A stretch of DNA of 64,000 bases, from contig CAMUZU010000006.1 in the NCBI GenBank assembly GCA_947165295.1, forward strand, positions 20,358 to 84,357. Direction: 5' to 3'. The first letter of the stretch is position 1, and each line of letters begins with the position of its first letter. The notes below the pieces were generated by a model. It saw nothing but the letters and a program-made list of their open reading frames with translations. It ran no database searches and was not told the DNA's origin. Below are positions 61,891 to 64,000 of the stretch, piece by piece. This DNA comes from an uncultured Selenomonadales bacterium (GTDB taxonomy: Bacteria; Bacillota; Negativicutes; Selenomonadales; Selenomonadaceae). Position numbers and translations under genes: made by a program.

Positions 61891-62210
61891 GTTCATTTTT
61901 CGGCGTCGTCGAGGTACTTTTTCAAAACGTAGCCGTACACGCCGTTGTATCGAGTCGACACAAACTCGCCATCATCGTAGTCGTCGGTAATCAAAATCAC
62001 CGCACCGAGCGGAATTGTAGCGATACGCCTGGCGTCATAATCAGGAGATACCCACAACGAAATATACTCATTGCAGTAAGACACTTTGGCGTACCAAGAA
62101 GCTTCCGCAGTGTTGTCTTGCGCGCCGACAATGAGCACCGCCGCAATCAGCAGAAACGACGCAAGAAATTTTTTGAACATGTTAATCACCTCGTGCAGTG
62201 ATTATAATTG
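61891..62210. repeat. About 320-bp direct repeat, copy 1 (SH3 gene plus -10 region)
   Basis: Pairs with 63381-63702. The 3' (C-terminal coding) half is nearly identical and the 5' half has diverged. Confidence 0.8.
61893..62180 (-). CDS. Secreted SH3b-like domain protein (paralog 1)
   Basis: Signal peptide MFKKFLASFLLIAAVLIVGA, then YAKVSYCNEYISLWVSP...GEFVSTRYNGVYGYVLKKYL. Confidence 0.7.
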   Translation of the reverse strand: MFKKFLASFLLIAAVLIVGAQDNTAEASWYAKVSYCNEYISLWVSPDYDARRIATIPLGAVILITDDYDDGEFVSTRYNGVYGYVLKKYLDDAEK

Positions 62211-62291
62211 CTTTCGGGCGACAAACTCAATAATCACTTTTGGCATTTTGGTTGCACTTTTTCGGGCGAAGCGAATTCGCAAAACTTGTCG

Positions 62292-63362
62292 TCACTGAAA
62301 CTTCAAGTTGTAAGCCGTTGCATAAACGACATCTTTGTTGCGCGCCCAAATCGCATTGAACCGGCTTTGCGGCACGGGACAGAAATAATCGCCGTTTTCC
62401 GCGCCGACTTCGATTGTCAGGCTCGGCACACCAAGTTTGTAAACCGCCCAATCTTTGTAACCCGCCGCGTCAACGGCCGTGTAATCGTCGTCAAGCGGGT
62501 ATCTCGTCACGCGGGAAATTTCGTTCGCGAACTTTTCGGACTCCGCCAAAACCGCGCCGCTCTGCTTGAAGTACCAATAAATCAACGCGCCCGTCGTGTG
62601 ATAACTTATCGCCCGCTTGACGTGACAATCCTGCGTCAACCGAATCAACGCGGCGGTTTCGGGCTCGCTGCCGGGGAAGGTGCCCTTGTACCTTTCGGGC
62701 GACGGCGCGGGACTGCCGACGAATTCATACCAGTCCGCGTCGAAATTCCTGTTCAGGTCGACGCCGTTCGCGTTGGCCTTCCACTGTTCGAGGTCGTCGC
62801 TCAAAGCCGCAACTTTTTCGCGCAACGTCGGATTGTTGACGCCCTGCAAGCCGAATTGACTTATCGCGACGCCGTCGGGGTTGCTGTTCGGGACGAAATG
62901 AATCGTCAAGCCCTGCAACAGTTCAGCCGCAGAAACGCCGCGATAATTTTGCCCGTTGCCGTTGAGCGCGTCGAGACTTTCGCACAGTTGACGCATGACA
63001 ACCTGCGCGGTGATATATTCGCGGGCGTGCATCGCGCCGAAAATCAAAATTTGTTTGTCGCCGCTGATGTCGCCCAAAACAATGTCGAAGACGCCGCGCC
63101 CGTCGGCAGTGTCGCACAATTTGACGACTTGAACTTGTGACGGATAAGCTTCGCGCAGAATTTCCACGTCATGCAAAAGATTTTCGTACGAATACTTTTC
63201 GGGACTTGAATACACAATCAACTTTTGTCGCGGCAATGTCGTCGTGTCGGAAAAATTTTCGGGCGGAAGTTTTTCTGCCTCCGTCGCGCCGTCGGACGTG
63301 CAACCCATGCAAAAAAAAATCGCCGCAAACATCACGGCAAAGGTAAATTTCAATCCGTGCAA
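62292..63362 (-). CDS. M14-family zinc carboxypeptidase lipoprotein (gamma-D-Glu-DAP peptidase-like)
   Basis: Lipobox FFCMGC, with HAREY, NPDG and NANGVDLNRNF motifs. Confidence 0.85.
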   Translation of the reverse strand: MHGLKFTFAVMFAAIFFCMGCTSDGATEAEKLPPENFSDTTTLPRQKLIVYSSPEKYSYENLLHDVEILREAYPSQVQVVKLCDTADGRGVFDIVLGDISGDKQILIFGAMHAREYITAQVVMRQLCESLDALNGNGQNYRGVSAAELLQGLTIHFVPNSNPDGVAISQFGLQGVNNPTLREKVAALSDDLEQWKANANGVDLNRNFDADWYEFVGSPAPSPERYKGTFPGSEPETAALIRLTQDCHVKRAISYHTTGALIYWYFKQSGAVLAESEKFANEISRVTRYPLDDDYTAVDAAGYKDWAVYKLGVPSLTIEVGAENGDYFCPVPQSRFNAIWARNKDVVYATAYNLKFQ

Positions 63363-63380
63363 CTCAATTCATCTCCGAGC

Positions 63381-63702
63381 GTTCATTTTTCGGCGTCGTC
63401 GAGGTATTTTTTCAAAACGTAACCGTACACGCCGTTGTATCGAGTCGACACAAATTCGCCATCATCGTAGTCGTCGGTAATCAAAATCACCGCACCAAGC
63501 GGAATTGTGGCAAGACGCCTGGAGTCATAACTGGCATCTGCCCACAACGAAATCCATTCATTGCAGTAAGACACTCGTGCGTACCAGGAAGCCTCGACCT
63601 GATTGGTTTGTGCGCCGACGGTAAGCAACGCGGCAACGATAAGAAATGACGCAAAAAATTTTTTGAACATGTCAAACCACCTCCTGCGTGTCATTATAAT
63701 TG
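63381..63702. repeat. About 320-bp direct repeat, copy 2
   Basis: Pairs with 61891-62210. Confidence 0.8.
63383..63670 (-). CDS. Secreted SH3b-like domain protein (paralog 2)
   Basis: The C-terminal 46 aa is identical to paralog 1. ATG 63670 follows AGGAGGTG. Confidence 0.7.
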   Translation of the reverse strand: MFKKFFASFLIVAALLTVGAQTNQVEASWYARVSYCNEWISLWADASYDSRRLATIPLGAVILITDDYDDGEFVSTRYNGVYGYVLKKYLDDAEK

Positions 63703-63719
63703 TTTTTTTTTTTTGTCAA
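63693..63719 (-). promoter_or_regulatory. Promoter of SH3 paralog 2 with an A12 tract in a 15-nt spacer
   Basis: On the minus strand, TTGACA(AAAAAAAAAAA)caat-TATAAT. Confidence 0.5.
63703..63714. repeat. Homopolymer T12 (A12 on the minus strand)
   Basis: Counted in ...ataattgTTTTTTTTTTTTgtcaatt... Confidence 0.9.
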
Positions 63720-63765
63720 TTGCTCGCACGACAAATTACGCAAAAAATATTACCGTCGTCGTCGA

Positions 63766-63839
63766 AACGTCGCCATTTCGCATTGCAGTTCAATCGTCGC
63801 GAACGGTCATTGACGCGGGCAACGTCGCCATTTCGCATT
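63766..63839. repeat. Two copies of the 19-mer AACGTCGCCATTTCGCATT spaced 55 bp apart
   Basis: Copies at 63766-63784 and 63821-63839, upstream of the SH3 paralog 2 promoter. Confidence 0.7.
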
Positions 63840-63853
63840 ACGAATTATGCACG

Positions 63854-63888
63854 AAAAAAGACGAACAACTTTTGGTCGCTCGCCTTTT
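63854..63888. terminator. Terminator-like hairpin, a sequence relative of 61832-61866
   Basis: A6, GACGAACAAC/GGTCGCTCGCC, T4. Lies downstream of the partial minus-strand gene. Confidence 0.45.
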
Positions 63889-63918
63889 AAATTTGCGGGA
63901 GTCTGTCCGGATTGTCGA

Positions 63919-64000
63919 TTATTCTTCGGGCTGGTCGTATTGGCGGCGGCGGGAATTGCCTGCGCCTTCGCGTTTAGCACGATTAATCGACAGCGAAATA
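63919..64000 (-). CDS. 3' fragment of a gene, possibly an S1 RNA-binding-domain protein (runs off the window)
   Basis: My own translation: ...ISLSINRAKREGAGNSRRRQYDQPEE-stop. ISLS(I/M)K-like ends are typical of S1 domains. Confidence 0.3.
   Translation of the reverse strand, partial: ISLSINRAKREGAGNSRRRQYDQPEE

Overview
This is a 64-kb, densely coding chromosomal segment, about 50% GC by eye. I saw no rRNA, tRNA, CRISPR array, integrase or transposase. The gene content suggests a diderm Firmicute (Negativicutes-like): a Firmicute-type SigH sits in the same window as a lipid-A block, lpxC-fabZ-lpxA-orf-lpxI. Housekeeping blocks are cheV, thiamine pyrophosphokinase, cobU-GNAT-cobQ, hypC-hypD...hypE, proC, a U32 peptidase, aroC-aroK-aroB and ogg. 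Accessory content includes a TibC/Aah-like heptosyltransferase next to an LCP protein with a charged repeat tail, a Sel1-repeat cluster with one decayed copy, BrnTA, a hybrid sensor kinase and an M14 peptidase flanked by duplicated SH3 genes. The most unusual items are these. (1) An 8.8-kb, terminator-bounded eight-gene operon (32556-41333) encodes three dynamin-like GTPases, two coiled-coil paralogs, a SPASM radical SAM enzyme, a B12-binding radical SAM enzyme and an HD hydrolase. I cannot assign this combination to a described system. (2) A family of small GCTTTAAAAGC-hairpin elements is inserted exactly at gene junctions. The copies are flanked by 10-53 bp direct duplications that regenerate start codons and keep translational coupling. 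(3) A convergent-promoter locus (25097-25443) carries a 26-aa hydrophobic peptide and looks like a type I toxin-antitoxin. (4) A membrane protein plus an FtsZ/tubulin-like protein was formerly coupled to a MacB-type ABC pair. (5) A lower-GC island (JAB protease, Cys-rich peptide, membrane protein, RTX-like protein) splits hypD from hypE, and a G10 tract lies in its promoter spacer. (6) An unannotated 53-aa double-glycine-leader peptide gene is present. (7) A mosaic three-hairpin intergenic repeat shows compensatory stem changes and conserved GGA loops. All functional calls come from motif recognition by eye on the supplied ORF translations. No database search or folding computation was possible.
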